From the NCBI GenBank assembly GCA_964188305.1, contig OZ076886.1: a stretch of 64,000 nt of DNA, one strand, 5' to 3'. The position numbers were made by a program, and so were the translations under genes. Numbering within the stretch: the first letter of the stretch is position 1; each line of letters starts with the position of its first letter. Source of the DNA: Podarcis bocagei. Lineage: Eukaryota. This document shows positions 12,490 to 25,000 of this stretch, one piece after another. The notes under the pieces are model-generated. The model saw only the letters and a program-made list of their open reading frames with translations. It did no database searches and was not told the DNA's origin.

Positions 12490-12562
12490 CAATGAACTGT
12501 GAAGACTTTGTTTGAATGAAGTACCAATGAACTGTGAAGACTTTGTTTGAATGAAGTACCAA
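12490..12562. repeat. Exact 35-bp tandem duplication
   Basis: CAATGAACTGTGAAGACTTTGTTTGAATGAAGTAC occurs at 12490-12524 and 12525-12559, followed by CAA. Confidence 0.95.
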
Positions 12563-14293
12563 ATTTAAGCATTTACCACAAACAGCTGACCCAGATGGAG
12601 GATTGTGTGAACTGCACTGTGCAAAGCATCAAGACTTCAATATAGATTTAATGTCTAGGGAAATGCAAATTGGTGAAACTGATAAAGTCTTGACATTTCC
12701 TGAAATATGTATTTTAATAGTGAAATGGGGAGTGGGCAAGGTGTGAGGGGAAAATAACACATCTTTGGTTTAAAAACAGCCTTTGGAAGACTTAAAGATA
12801 ATGATATGCTGATTATCTTCAGCATTTCAAATGTATCACATTCTATTCTGCTGTATGGGGCTCCTCTTACCTGAATCATTCTGGCTTGCTACAAACTCAA
12901 AGGTAGCAGCAAAGGGATACACACTGGCCAAAATTATGGTTTAGGCCAACACCATGTTCTCAAATCACAGCACACCCAATAGTTTATACAGTAGACCTTA
13001 AAAAACTAAAACTAAAAGCTAGCAATTGATGTCCTATGAAACTCACATGAGATGATGCAAAACAAGATGCCTTTAACCTTAGGCCAGTTGTAAACTTGCT
13101 GCTACAAGGCATTTGCACTTTTCTTCTATTTATTATATTGGAAAGAGCAGCCATTAGCTCTTGCCATAACCTGAGCACAAGCTTTGCCTTCTGGACCAAT
13201 TGGGCTGGGGAGAGAAATGGAGACAGGAGAGACAGAACTCCCTGTTGATGAACACAGGGAAAAGAAACCCATTGCCTCACAACGGAAGAGGAGGGGAAAG
13301 TGAAGAGCAAAGGCCAGACCTTTATGTTACCCACCATTTTAGGATCTGAACGGTGTGGGCCTCTGCACGGCTTATTAATTGGGGCAGGTGTGCGAAGTTA
13401 AACATCCCAAAACTGGGCAGCAATTTCCACAGCTGACCATGTATATGCAGCCTTCGCAACTGTTGAATTGCACTCTAAGTTGGATCATAAGCTTCTCATT
13501 GCCTTTTTGGTCAGCCTTTGACTCGGGACAGATTTGATTTAAACACTCCACTTGTATGTTTCAGGCTGTGGTAACTTTGAGAAAGGGCAGAAATTGTGTC
13601 ACACGTTACCAGGGTGGTGTGCTGGGTCACTTCAAAACAAGCTGAGAAACTGATGAGTTTCAATGGGACGGCCTAGATTCTAGGCCCTAGAAGGAGAGGA
13701 GAAGGAGCTCTTTGTTTAACTGACAAAGATGGAGGCCACAATAAAAGCTAACAATTTCTCATTGTCTTTTGTAAGCTGTGCAGTTGAACTCCCAGTCCTT
13801 CAAGGCAGTAAATGGTTCGACCATTAAGACTAAAAGGCTAAGTGAGATCCACTGACAGACATAGCAAGTTGGGCCTAACAGGAGAACTAGTTAGAAAATG
13901 AAACAGGCAAGTTTATCAGCAGCACTTGACAGCCATCAACAATCTTTTAGGTCACCAACATTCATCCCTTCGACAGATGGTTAAGAGAGAAAACTGCCCA
14001 AGGTCTGGGCAATGGGATCAGCAAGCAGTGTGAACTCTGCACACAACCCCACTAGCTCTACTTTCCGAAGCTCATCCACAACTCTCCAAGTGCAACTGGT
14101 CAGCACCAGCCAGGGCCACATGAATGGGAAGCTGTCTCATCTCTAGGGGAACAGACCTCAGGCCACACTGGTTGTCTCAGACAAAAGAGGAAATCAGAGT
14201 TGGTGCATGAGAAAAGGGAGCCCTGACAGTCCTTTGGGTCAACTTCTCTGTGGACAAAGGCAGGGATTGCCTTTCTGTCCACTAATCCAAGGG

Positions 14294-14434
14294 TTATGAA
14301 GCCTCTGCAGAACTGAATGGGACAAATTTGGCAGGCTTGTTTGGCGACCTTGAAGGCTGACCATCGGTCTCATCACTGAGTTTGAAGAACATTTCTTGCT
14401 CTCGCTTCTTCTGATTCAGTTCATCTTCCAAAGC
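14294..14434 (-). CDS. STK10: STK10 exon 19 (last coding exon)
   Basis: CAG acceptor; [46 protein letters not shown] then TAA; 141 nt. Confidence 0.95.
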   Translation of the reverse strand, partial: ALEDELNQKKREQEMFFKLSDETDGQPSRSPNKPAKFVPFSSAEAS

Positions 14435-14528
14435 CTGAAATGCGAAGAGAAATGAGCTCAGCTGGAGAAATGCTTCAAGCTGTAATCACTTCACTGTTCT
14501 CAGCCACCTGGATCCCTGTCAGTTTACA

Positions 14529-15013
14529 TCAGGGATGGGGAAAACTTTCTGGCCAGGAGGGGCAAGATCTTAATCTCTCAAGACCTGGCAGACATCATAG
14601 TGATGTCACATGATGCTGCACTTTGATGTCCTTGTTTAATAGCCTTTTGCAAACATCCCCATGCTGCTCCTTACACCTCTGAAAATCTGATGTTTAAAGA
14701 GCAGTACAGGACTGTTTACAAATGGCAATTCGAAAGCCCTTTTCCTCATTATTCCTTAACCCTCATTACTCCTTAACCCTCTGAAAATTGGGGCTGCCCC
14801 ATGCTACTCTTTGAATCTCCAATTTGGGGGGTTTCAAAGAGCAGCATTAGAAGGGAAGAGTTTCCATGGAATGGAAGCCACTTCCCCCTTCTTAAGCAAG
14901 GCGTGCAGCCATGCACCCATCAGGTATGATGTCAGGTGGAGGGTGAGTGCAGCTTCCCAAAAATGATCTGGCAGACCAAGTTTGGCCCATGGGATGGAGG
15001 TTCCCCAACCGTG
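14529..15013. mobile_element. Old hAT-type non-autonomous element
   Basis: CAGGGATGGGGAAA at left and GGTTCCCCAACCGTG at right form degenerate hAT-like TIRs. Confidence 0.45.
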
Positions 15014-15451
15014 GCTTATGTACATGAGTTGTCAAAAATGAAACAAAATTAGATGAAATTAGATGAAATTAGAGGGGGAGAGAACCAAATCCAAAAAGCT
15101 AAACTTGCAACATTTCAGAAATAGGTTGTCCTAATTCAACCCTCCTCCAAATCCAAATGGTTTATTTATTTCATTGCAGTTCTGAATAGCTTCTTAGGAA
15201 GCATCTCAGACAATAACAACATATAAAGCACTTTCAAATATAAAAACAATTTTAAATCCAATAAAAATAGACTGGAATAAAAATTACTGCTAGCATTTCA
15301 ATGAACACAAAGTATTCCCCCCGCCCCGAGTATTTGATTTGGCAAATTGATCTGAAAGTCAAAAGTTCAATACTGAACCTTTGATTTCCACCCCCCCCCA
15401 AAAAATGCTAATGGTGTTTGAAGTTTTATTCCAACTTTCTTTAGCTGTCAC

Positions 15452-15565
15452 CTTTTTTCGTGGCCTCAGCTTATCCCGCCAGTCCTTCAAGTTCTGATTG
15501 TGGTTTTCATCCAGAGCTTTCAGTTTCTGGGTCTCATGTTCAACCAAGAGATGGCACTTCTCATT
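15452..15565 (-). CDS. STK10: STK10 exon 18
   Basis: AG/GT bounded, 114 nt, [38 protein letters not shown]. Confidence 0.96.
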
Positions 15566-16111
15566 CTATACAGATTTAAAACATCAGAAGAAAAACAAAT
15601 GAGGGAAGCTCTGAAGAGCAAAAAGGTCAGTATCAAACCCAGCATCCCTGCTGACTTGAGTTTCCAAGACCAGGAAAGAACAAGATTTACTTCAAAAGCA
15701 ACAAAATCCCAACTCATTCTATGCTCATTCCAGAAACCTTTTGCATTCACTCAATTTGGAGCTCATGAATGTCATGGTTAGAGGCTGCTCAGCCACAAAC
15801 CCCATTGAGAGGCTCTGGAAAATTCACTCTCTCCGTGTCTATCATACCTCACATGGTTGCTGTGAGGATTAAATAAGATAGCCTCCATATATATACCATC
15901 TTTATGGAAAGATAGGATGCAAAATGTCACGACATGCCAGAAGCAAAAACAAGAAATACTGAAGCACATTTTCCATTTCTGGGAGGGTTTTGTTGTCAGG
16001 TAGGATGAACCAACTTTTCAGAATGGATGGCAGATTTTTCTCTATGAGCCAAACTAGTGGCATGCCACACCCCGCCCAAGCATACGTAAAGCTGAGCCGG
16101 TGTTAAGTTAC

Positions 16112-16237
16112 CTGTAACTGTTGGAGTTCATTCATGTTGCTCTCACACTGGGCACTCATATCCTTCGTCTGCATCTCATGTTTCTGCTGCTGCTGCAGTC
16201 GCTCAGCTTTCTGCCTTTTTTCCTCCTGCTGTGCAAA
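16112..16237 (-). CDS. STK10: STK10 exon 17
   Basis: AG/GT bounded, 126 nt, [42 protein letters not shown]. Confidence 0.96.
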
Positions 16238-17123
16238 CTGAAACAGAAGGGAGCAACCCAACATCACCATCGTTCACTGTGGTTTTAAATCACCAGGCTA
16301 TGTTCACAGGAATTTTAAACATGGCTCCCTACATTTTTATATATATACCAGGAGCTAGAATGCTGCACAACGAAGACATGGAGGGTCACAAATGTGAGAA
16401 CAATTTATTTTCAGGGGGAAATGCCCCCTCTCAGCTTCTGCGCTAGGAGTAGGACCCTCAAATACATGTACTCCTTTGATATCTGTTGGTGTGAGCACAA
16501 TATGATCTGATTCCATGGCACCTTGTATTGGTTGCACCACAGGTGCCAGAGCAACGCAGGGGGCATAGCTATGACCTTCCCACCCTTCCATGAAACCATT
16601 AACAGGTGTTGCAGGAAGGTTTCTTGAGCTACCCACTGTCTGAAACCTTCTGGCAGTATTAACTTGTGCTTTATATAGCATTGGAGCTTAAAATGTCAGT
16701 GATATCAGATGGAACTGAGCAAATATCTGTCAGCAGCCTGGACCAGTGGCTTCTGGAAGTACATGCTGTTGAGCAAGGGACCCTCCATGTATAGTCTACA
16801 ATCCTCCTTTCCACATTGGGTGAAAGATTCCTGTATTGCAGGGAGTTGGACTAGATGATCCTCGTCATCCCTTCCAACTCTACAATTCTATGATTAACAG
16901 TCCTCGCTTGCAGGAATCCAAATGCAGTGTCACTGCCTCTCAGCCTAACCTACCTCACAGGTTTGTTGTGGCGGTTAACTAATGAGTGGGGGGCGGGAAT
17001 TGTGTGTGCTACCTTGACCTCATTGGAGATCCATCTATAGATGGATGGATGAATGAATGAATGAATGAATGCAAGTGCCACAAATCGAATCCTTCTGTCA
17101 AGGGTTCTAGTGCTATCCTTCAC

Positions 17124-17312
17124 CTGTTTTATCTTCTCCCTCTGTTCTGAGGCGCTTCCACTGGAGCTGATATGGAGGCTCTTCTTATACATGGCCATAC
17201 GGGTCTTCCCTTCGCTCCTCTGAATTTTGGGGAGACGGCCTTTCTCTTGCTGCTGCCGAATTTTCAGCTGCTCCATCATTCGCTGGTTATACCGTTGCAT
17301 TTGCTCACGCTC
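17124..17312 (-). CDS. STK10: STK10 exon 16 (coiled coil)
   Basis: AG/GT bounded, 189 nt, [63 protein letters not shown]. Confidence 0.96.
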
Positions 17313-17715
17313 CTGGAATAGCAACGGCAGCCCAGGGTTGGGGGGGTAAGTCAATACAATAAATGTTGCAAGTTTAGAGTCAAAGCGAATGGTGACATTG
17401 GATATTTGCCCAGGGTAATATTCAACAGACCACAAAGGGGACAGACAAAGATAGTGCAGGTTTAGTTTAAGGAAAACAAAGCCACTTCTATGAAGATTCA
17501 CCATGGCTTACTCCAGGGGCTCAGTCAGATAAAAGCTGATGGAAATGCAACAGACACTATGGCAAGAATATTTTGACATTTGTCCTATTGAAGCACACTC
17601 ACACACTCACACAAACAAACCAATTGCATGAGAGAGAGGCTGTGCTGGCCTGGGTTGATGACAGTTGTAGTCCAAAACTTTTGAGGGCACCAAAATGGTG
17701 AAGGCTGGCCTAAAG

Positions 17716-18012
17716 TAAGTGGTGGACTCTTCTTCATTGGAGGTTTGTAAACAGAGGTTGGATTGTCATCTGTCGGGGATTTTTCAGCTGCGATTCCTGC
17801 ATTGCTGGGAGTTGGTCTACATCAGTGTTTCCCAATCTTGGGTCTTCAGCTGTTCTTGGACTACAACTCCCATCATCTCTAGCTAGCCAGATCAGTGGTC
17901 AGGGATTATGGGAATTGTAGTCAGAAAACAGCTGAAGACCCAAGCTTGGGAAACACTGATCTAGATGATCCTTTGGGTTCCATTCAACTCTACAATTCTA
18001 TGAGTCTATGAA
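17716..18012 (+). mobile_element. CR1 LINE 3' end interrupted by a MITE
   Basis: VVDSSSLEVCKQRLDCHLSG-like ORF2 end, CR1 3' UTR stem and (ATTCTATG)-like tail, split at 17823-17958. Confidence 0.7.
17823..17958. mobile_element. Palindromic hAT-type MITE nested in CR1
   Basis: TIR CAGTGTTTCCCAA...TTGGGAAACACTG; the whole element is near-palindromic; flanks GTCTACAT / ATCTAGAT (6/8 TSD). Confidence 0.8.
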
Positions 18013-18258
18013 TCTATAAGCACAAAACTGTACTCCTATAACTGACCACCGTTATTCCCTCTCCAGACTTTCCACGTTTGACTGCACTGACTATGGTTAA
18101 ATATACGCAGTACTCACACCCAATGCAAGCAAGCAACAGGGAGGCCATTTTCTGTAAATCTGCTGAGGTCAATTCTTTCACAGCAACTCCACACCTTGCT
18201 CATCCGTAGGAAGCATTAGAGTCATTAAAGAAAATAAATCAGACTGAAACTCTGCTAC

Positions 18259-18383
18259 CTTCTCGTGTTTCCGGAGCAGTTCATGCCTCTGGAGGAAATA
18301 CTGGTCTTTCAGCTGTTGCTTAATAAGCTGGTGTTTCTCCTGTAGGTGGTGCTCTTCCAGATCCCAGATGGTAGCTTCCCGAT
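18259..18383 (-). CDS. STK10: STK10 exon 15
   Basis: AG/GT bounded, 125 nt, (D)[41 protein letters not shown]. Confidence 0.96.
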
Positions 18384-18928
18384 CTGAGAAATAGGTATAA
18401 AATGGCATATGGTCATTACACACTTTACCACGGGGGGGGGGGGGGGATAGGCAAAGAAGTTATGAATCACATGCGATTCCAGAAGGTAAAGGCACTTCCC
18501 AAGGGTGGCTGGTGCCCATGGGGAGCAGTAGGGCAGAAGGCAGCAAGACCCACAGCAAATGAAGCTAGAGCCAAAGACAGGCAGAGCAGGCCAAGCAATT
18601 CTAGTTGTATTCCCATCCTCCTCCCTGCCAAATTCTACAACGGCAACACTGATACTGAGGAGGAAGATGACTGGCAATGCCACTTCCTGGACTGGTTGCC
18701 AGCGAGAAGGCAAGAAGGTGGAGGCTGGTTGAGGGTCAAATAAGGTGGGCAGAGCTATTCCCCACTCGCCCTAGTGGACCATCCTCCACTGGAGAATCCA
18801 GTCACTTCCCTTTCCAAGCACAACCACCACCTCAGCCTAACCAAATACTCAAGGCAAAACTGTAGGATAAGCTGACCAAGGAAGGGAGAGGATAGTATGC
18901 AAGAAAGAGAAAAAGAAGCACAGACTAG

Positions 18929-19256
18929 CAGGGCGGTCTAGCTTTTCATACCAAGTGGGCCACAAGATTACTATGGAACCCATAGACTGCACACTGCCTT
19001 GTCACATGGGGGGAGGCCAACATTTGGTGTCCCCCACCTCCTCAAAGCTGGGAAAGTGCTAGCCAGGTTTTGGTAAGGAAGTGGGAGGACTCCAAGACCC
19101 TGCCAGAGCCCTCACGTCTCCTTCCGAAAGCCCAGCACGTCACTTACCTAGCTTTGGGAAGGCAACGTGAAGGCAGCATGAAGGCTGCCCGAGAGCCGCC
19201 CAAAAAGGCATTGTGGGCAGCATGAGGCCCTTGGATCGCATGTTGGACCACCCTGG
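18929..19256. mobile_element. Old hAT-type non-autonomous element
   Basis: CAGGGCGGTCTAGC ... GTTGGACCACCCCTG degenerate inverted termini. Confidence 0.45.
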
Positions 19257-19842
19257 ACTTAATGAAGTCTGACCCCAGGCTCAGTCCCTTTACGTCATTT
19301 ATACTCCTGCAACTCCTTGTGCTGCCAGGTCTATACTTGAGGGGTGAGATGATAACAAAGGCAGGAATTTCTTTGGGCAGTAGGTGCAGAAGGCATGAAA
19401 GAAGGATGCGGAAGGGACAGAAAGGCAGCTAGAGAATCCTTGCAGTTAAGAGAAAAGGGCTATACCCTCTTTCCCCCTTCCAAGGCTGTATTGTGGCTAT
19501 AAGCTATTGGGAAAAAACTGCAACTTGAGACTGCTTGGCTATTCTTTCCAAATTACATCGTTCGTTAATATTACTACTATTGAACGCTTTGGCATAACGT
19601 GGAATGCTTTTTGCTACTGTCTTTGGCGCTATCTTACCTGCTCACTTATAGTTACGTCAATAACTCTCCTGGGAGGAAACTCACCCCACCTGGTGTCTTG
19701 AGGGTGTTTTGAATCCCATCCCCATCAGCCCCAGCATGCCTGACTAATGGGCGCTGTAGTCCATCAACATCTGGAGGGCACCAAGTTAGAGAAATCTCCT
19801 CCCCACTTTTTTTTGGGGGGGGGGGCGATGACACCCTCTCAC

Positions 19843-19972
19843 CTCTCATAAGCTGTTGTTTTTTGTTGAGGCACTCTCGCTCCTTGTCACAGATCTCCTT
19901 CCGATTTTGGGTGGTGATATTCTTCATGGCCTGTTCCAGATCCTCAGCCTGTTTGGCTTCAAACTCTTGCTC
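19843..19972 (-). CDS. STK10: STK10 exon 14
   Basis: AG/GT bounded, 130 nt, [43 protein letters not shown]. Confidence 0.96.
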
Positions 19973-20159
19973 CTGGAAGAAAGGAGACAGTAGCAAAAGA
20001 GATGCTCTTATTGGTATGATGCCTAAAGCTTTTCTTATGAGTGGAAGCAGGATGGGTGGTATGATTCTGCTTCCTCATCCTGATAACTGGGAGGCAGGGA
20101 ATCAAGTGTGTCCATATGGTTCTTGGCCCCACCACAGACTTAATATCTCTAGAGCTTAC

Positions 20160-20252
20160 CATGACTTGCTTTCTCTGTGCAAACTCCTCCATCTTTGTTT
20201 TCATGGTCCCCTTGCGCTGTTGTCGTGGAAGCTTCTCAATGTCACTCTTGAG
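20160..20252 (-). CDS. STK10: STK10 exon 13 (93 nt, phase 0-0)
   Basis: AAG acceptor, GTAAG donor; LKSDIEKLPRQQRKGTMKTKMEEFAQRKQVM. Confidence 0.92.
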
Positions 20253-20942
20253 CTTGAAACGAAAGACACCAAGAAAAGTTCTTACTGGTCCAATTTCCTA
20301 ACAAGTCTGAGCAAAAGTGATTTATCACATTGGCCGTGTCACCTGATGGTTTGGCTTTCAATTCTCCAGTTTTATGCTGACATTATGCTATCACTTTGAT
20401 TTGCTTTCATTTCACCCTCACCTATTTTTCTGTTAGTGTTTCTTAAGTCTCTTGTTTCTGGGTGGTGGTGGTTCTTACTTTTACGTTCTTCCCTGGCAGC
20501 ATAATTACATACAAGTGAATTTAGAAAAAGGGTAGGGAAGCCTCAGGGCCCAGGGACAGAATGTAACCCTTTGGCCTCTACCTGGCCCTCAGGAATCTCG
20601 AGGTCACGCTCCCTGCCCTGGCTGAACCCCTACCCACCTCCTCAAGTGCTTTTGCCTGGATGGAATGTGCCCCTGAGCTGTGACAATGGAGGATGGGAAG
20701 GTGTCTGTCTGTGTGCATTTGCATAGCTTCTGTTTTGCTGTTCACTCTCCTCCCTTTCTTCAGCACCCCTAAATCTTGGAGCTCTGCCCTCAGCTTCCCT
20801 TCCCTTCCACAGCTTGTCTGTGACATGAGAGTGCCTCAGCCAATGACAGCAGGACGACTGAGGGGGCTTTCAGATAGGCCAGTGCCAACAAATAAATCTA
20901 AGATTTCCCTGTGCAAGATTTTGGCCCAACGTCGACTCTTAC

Positions 20943-21122
20943 CTCCTTCTTCCTTTGCTTCAGCTGCTCCTGAAATTTAACAAGATCTCGTTCCTGCTCA
21001 GCGCGGATACGCTTGGACTCTTCACGGCGGCGCAGCGTGTGGTCCTGCTCCATCTTTTCAATTTGCTGCTTCTGCTGACGTTCCAGATTTTCCAGTTCGG
21101 TGTCATAGAATTTCTTCTTTGT
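20943..21122 (-). CDS. STK10: STK10 exon 12
   Basis: AG/GT bounded, 180 nt, [60 protein letters not shown]. Confidence 0.96.
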
Positions 21123-24100
21123 CTGTACGAGACCAAAGAGGACATTCAGGCTTCCTTATACATAGTTGAGAGATTTGACTACGTTAGTATTTTTCATCAT
21201 TTAATTAATAAAGCAAAGTGCAAAGGCACAACTTAAAATGAATCCACCTTAAAACTTTTTTGAACATATCCAAATCTTGTTGCATCTCTGAGCATTAGCA
21301 GTTCTAAATACTGAAGGCACATTGTCTGGGGACAGTGTGTCCCTGGGAGTCTCTCTTCCCATATGAGCACCTCACACATCAACAGTGTTTCAGGCAGGGG
21401 GCTTTCCCAGACCTACCTGGAGATGTTGGAGATTGAACCTAGGGCATTCTGCATGCAAAGCAAATCCTCTACCACTTGGCTATGGTCCTTTCCCCCCATA
21501 TATGAAATAAAACTGGTGAGAGACCATGACAGGGCCCTCTCGGTAGTGGCCTCTGTCCTATGGAACTCATAAGCCTAGGGAAGCTTGCCTCACTATTCTG
21601 AAACCAGAATAACAAACCAGAGTTTCTAAATCACTGGTCTACATCTTGTGGGTCGGATCCCACTAGTGGTTTGTGACCTGATCCAAGGAGGTTTGCAACA
21701 GGATCACTGCCACCATGAAAATATATTAAGAAAAGATTAAGAAATGAGTCCCCAAATGCATCTCTGGGTTAAATGGTAGGTCTGAAAAAAGCTGAAGATA
21801 CCTGTTCTAAACAATAAGCAAAGGATTAAAAATATGTTTTATGAGACGGCATTGCGATTTTTAAAAAAATAAGTTCATACACTGAAGGTTTTGTGAACAT
21901 TATTTGTAAAAAAGCCAATTTGTGAGAAATGTGAGTTGCTTTAATTGCTTCCATTGTTGATATTGTTTCTTTGCATGCCATATTTTTAATATATATATAT
22001 ATATTGCTCTGTGTAAGCTACCTCACAGAAACGGAAGAGAATAGTAAACAAGCTGCAGTAGCCTTCTAGTTCCCTCACATATATACAGCAGGGAGCAGAC
22101 TAGGAGCTGGATGTGTGTGTGACAATGTTCTTTCCTGCCACACACCTGGATCTCCTGAGCAGCACCGCCCTCTGACACATTAAGCAGCAGAGATGCCTGG
22201 AGGGCATGAGCTGGAGCAAGCAGATGAGATGGCTGCATCTGCTTACAGGCTGTGGCTGAAGCAGAACAGGAAAGAATGCTCGCCCGCCTTTTCCTCACAG
22301 AAGGAGAAATATCTGCCAGCAACAGGACTGAAATCAGCGCGCAGGATTTCGGCAGAGTTTTACAAGAATATTTGGGCTAAACCAACTCAGTGAGAGGGTG
22401 GCTGAAGAAACACCCAATAATGGAACAGTCTGCATGTGCAAACTCTACACTACTCCCTCTGGTTCAGATAATACTTCCCCACCCCCGCCCCACTTTCCAT
22501 ACCACAGTGCCTGTGTAGCTATTGCACTTCCTCCAAAACCATTCACACCTTCAGAAAGCCTTCTTCCCAAGAGAGATCTTAACTTACATAAGGGTGAGAA
22601 ATGGAAACATTTTCCAAACATACTGAGGATTAAGCACAGCAGAGTCCTAATGAAAATGCATTGTGTGGGTCACATAGTTAACTGCTGCAAACAGAGCTAC
22701 TGACATACTGAACTCCACTTTAAAGGAAGGCTGGGAAGGAACCAAGTCACACCACTTGTCACTCTAGCTCAGGATTGGCTACATGGACTAGCAGGGTCTC
22801 TCTGGGGTTTGACAGGCGCCACTGTCTGAAGTTCCCTTAAACAGAGCACAGTACATGGCATTGCTAGAGATACCTTGTGTGGGGGATTTTGTCAGGGGCC
22901 CAGCTCAGCCCTGTAAAAAGTTTACCTGTGGTCTCCTAAGGTCAGTCTCAGTCAATCTACTGGCACAGATCCTTGAAAGCCTAATAACCTTTTGCAACCC
23001 CGTTGTACACCCCTTGCCATTTTTTTAACTGTATGCCGTGGGGGCTGGGAAGGGAAAGGAAGGAGGAGCTGGCTTTAGCAATACTTAAAATATGGAACAA
23101 GCACACATGCTGCAGAAAACTGGGGACTCCAGCCCCCAAATATGTGCCCTCGCTTTTAAGCTGAAATGAAAATGTGGAATACCTGCATGAGAGAGTTTGG
23201 GAAATTGTTAGGCATATGAGGATACGTATATGGGGAGTGCCACAATAGCTGTGAATGTGTTGCGTTGCAGTTTCAGCAAGTGCCTCGTTATTTTTGATTC
23301 AGCAAGATTTCCAGAAAATTTGAAGGCATACAGGAACAAGCTGAAACTGTTCCTCAATTAAAAATATGACAATCTTGCATTGTCTCCTTATCCTGTCAGG
23401 TTTCACACACAGGAAGAAACACGCACTTTGAAGCATCCAACCTATGCTAAGCTATTCTTTGCAGGAATGCCATAACATGGCTTCAGAGATGTTACTTTTC
23501 TTCTTGGCCAGATTTAAAATCAACACTAAACTGACAGAAAGAGAAAGAACACCACATCAACAAGTTCTGCTGAAAGACTCCAGAATATGTAAAAGTACAC
23601 ATGTATTTATTGCGGGGGGGGGGAATAGCCTGAAGAAAATGTCACCTTTTTTTAAAAAAGGGGGCGGTGGAATATATTTGAAACTGAGAAAGATTCACAT
23701 AGGGTTTCAAGGCCTATTGTTTTGTTTCCACGACATTTCTTTTTGACCCCTCAAAAGCTGGGCCATTGCAGCAGACCTCTCCAGCACCCAAGGTGACCAC
23801 TTTTCTTGTTGAACTGCTGCAAAGAAAAGGCCTTGCGCCACAAGAGCAGCACCAGAACACAGGCAACGCCAGACCGGATGGAAATGTCCATTTACAATGG
23901 CCCTTCCCCTCGCCACATAGCCCCAGCACATGGAGGGAAAAGCTAATGATTCCATCAACAGGCCTCCAGTTTCATTCCTAGTGGCTAGCCTTCGGCCTAG
24001 TCTGGCTAACAGGCTATACAATATATTCCTTGTGAGTGGCGTGTTTCTCCTCTCCCCACTGCTTCCCACCAGCATGCGGCCCGGTATCTTTGAATAAGAG

Positions 24101-24130
24101 AGAGGAATTTGGCTTCTCTTTGCCACGTAC

Positions 24131-24254
24131 GTGCATTTCCTGCTCAAAGCGCTTCAGCATTTGCTCCAACTGCAGGTGATGCTTGCTGGTCAGCTGGGTC
24201 TGGTTCCGGTGCTCCTCTTTCTGAAGCAGACGCAGCTCCCGCAACTCCTGGCGC
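24131..24254 (-). CDS. STK10: STK10 exon 11
   Basis: AG/GT bounded, 124 nt, [41 protein letters not shown]. Confidence 0.96.
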
Positions 24255-24864
24255 CTGTGGGATTAAAGTGGAGAAGAAGTTCAGGAACGGAGGACCAGTT
24301 CTCCCTGTACTGCCAGGGCAGGCAGTCTCTGGAAGCTAAAAAAAGGGAGGGGGAGACAAGGAGCACAATCCATACTAAAATAACCACAGGGACTGAGTGT
24401 TCCTAGTGTCAGAATCGTTGCTTCAAGGAGTTGCTGCCTCCTTGTGTCACAGCCACACTTCTCACCACTTGTCCCTTTCAGGCAGGATATTGAGAAGGGG
24501 CTGCTTTCCTGTCCGCTGGCCTTGAATTATTCACCTTCCTTGTACAGACACTTTGAATAAATAGACGTACAATATGGCCCCACAATGAACTATGAGGAAG
24601 AATACCTCACTGACTGAAGCCAGTGGGTTCAGACAAATGCTACAAGCTATAGTTGTGGGTCTCCCCTGATTATTTTTAAGTCGAGGATTAGAAAGTTGGT
24701 GTCACCTGTCAGATTTTGTTTAGGTTGTAGACCTATCAACAAGGTAAGGCTTTCGAAAAGTATGCTTTTGCAGCTCTGTGAAGAGAAGTACCTGAATTTG
24801 CTGTTAGACACTTATCAGAAACTGCTGTACTTCTACAGTGAAGTCCCTATTGATCCCCTAGTTC

Positions 24865-25000
24865 NNNNNNNNNNNNNNNNNNNNNNNNNNNNNNNNNNNN
24901 NNNNNNNNNNNNNNNNNNNNNNNNNNNNNNNNNNNNNNNNNNNNNNNNNNNNNNNNNNNNNNNNNNNNNNNNNNNNNNNNNNNNNNNNNNNNNNNNNNNN
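24865..25000. other. Assembly gap (N run) in intron 10
   Basis: Run of N. Confidence 1.

Larger units (their letters stand above)
11295..14293 (-). other. STK10: STK10 3' UTR (approximate)
   Basis: Lies between the stop codon and the AATAAA; repeat-poor, with U-rich and TGTA-rich distal end. Confidence 0.6.

Noticed and set aside
19863-20399. 178-aa plus-strand ORF
   Set aside because: Antisense shadow of STK10 exons 13-14 with no independent coding signal.
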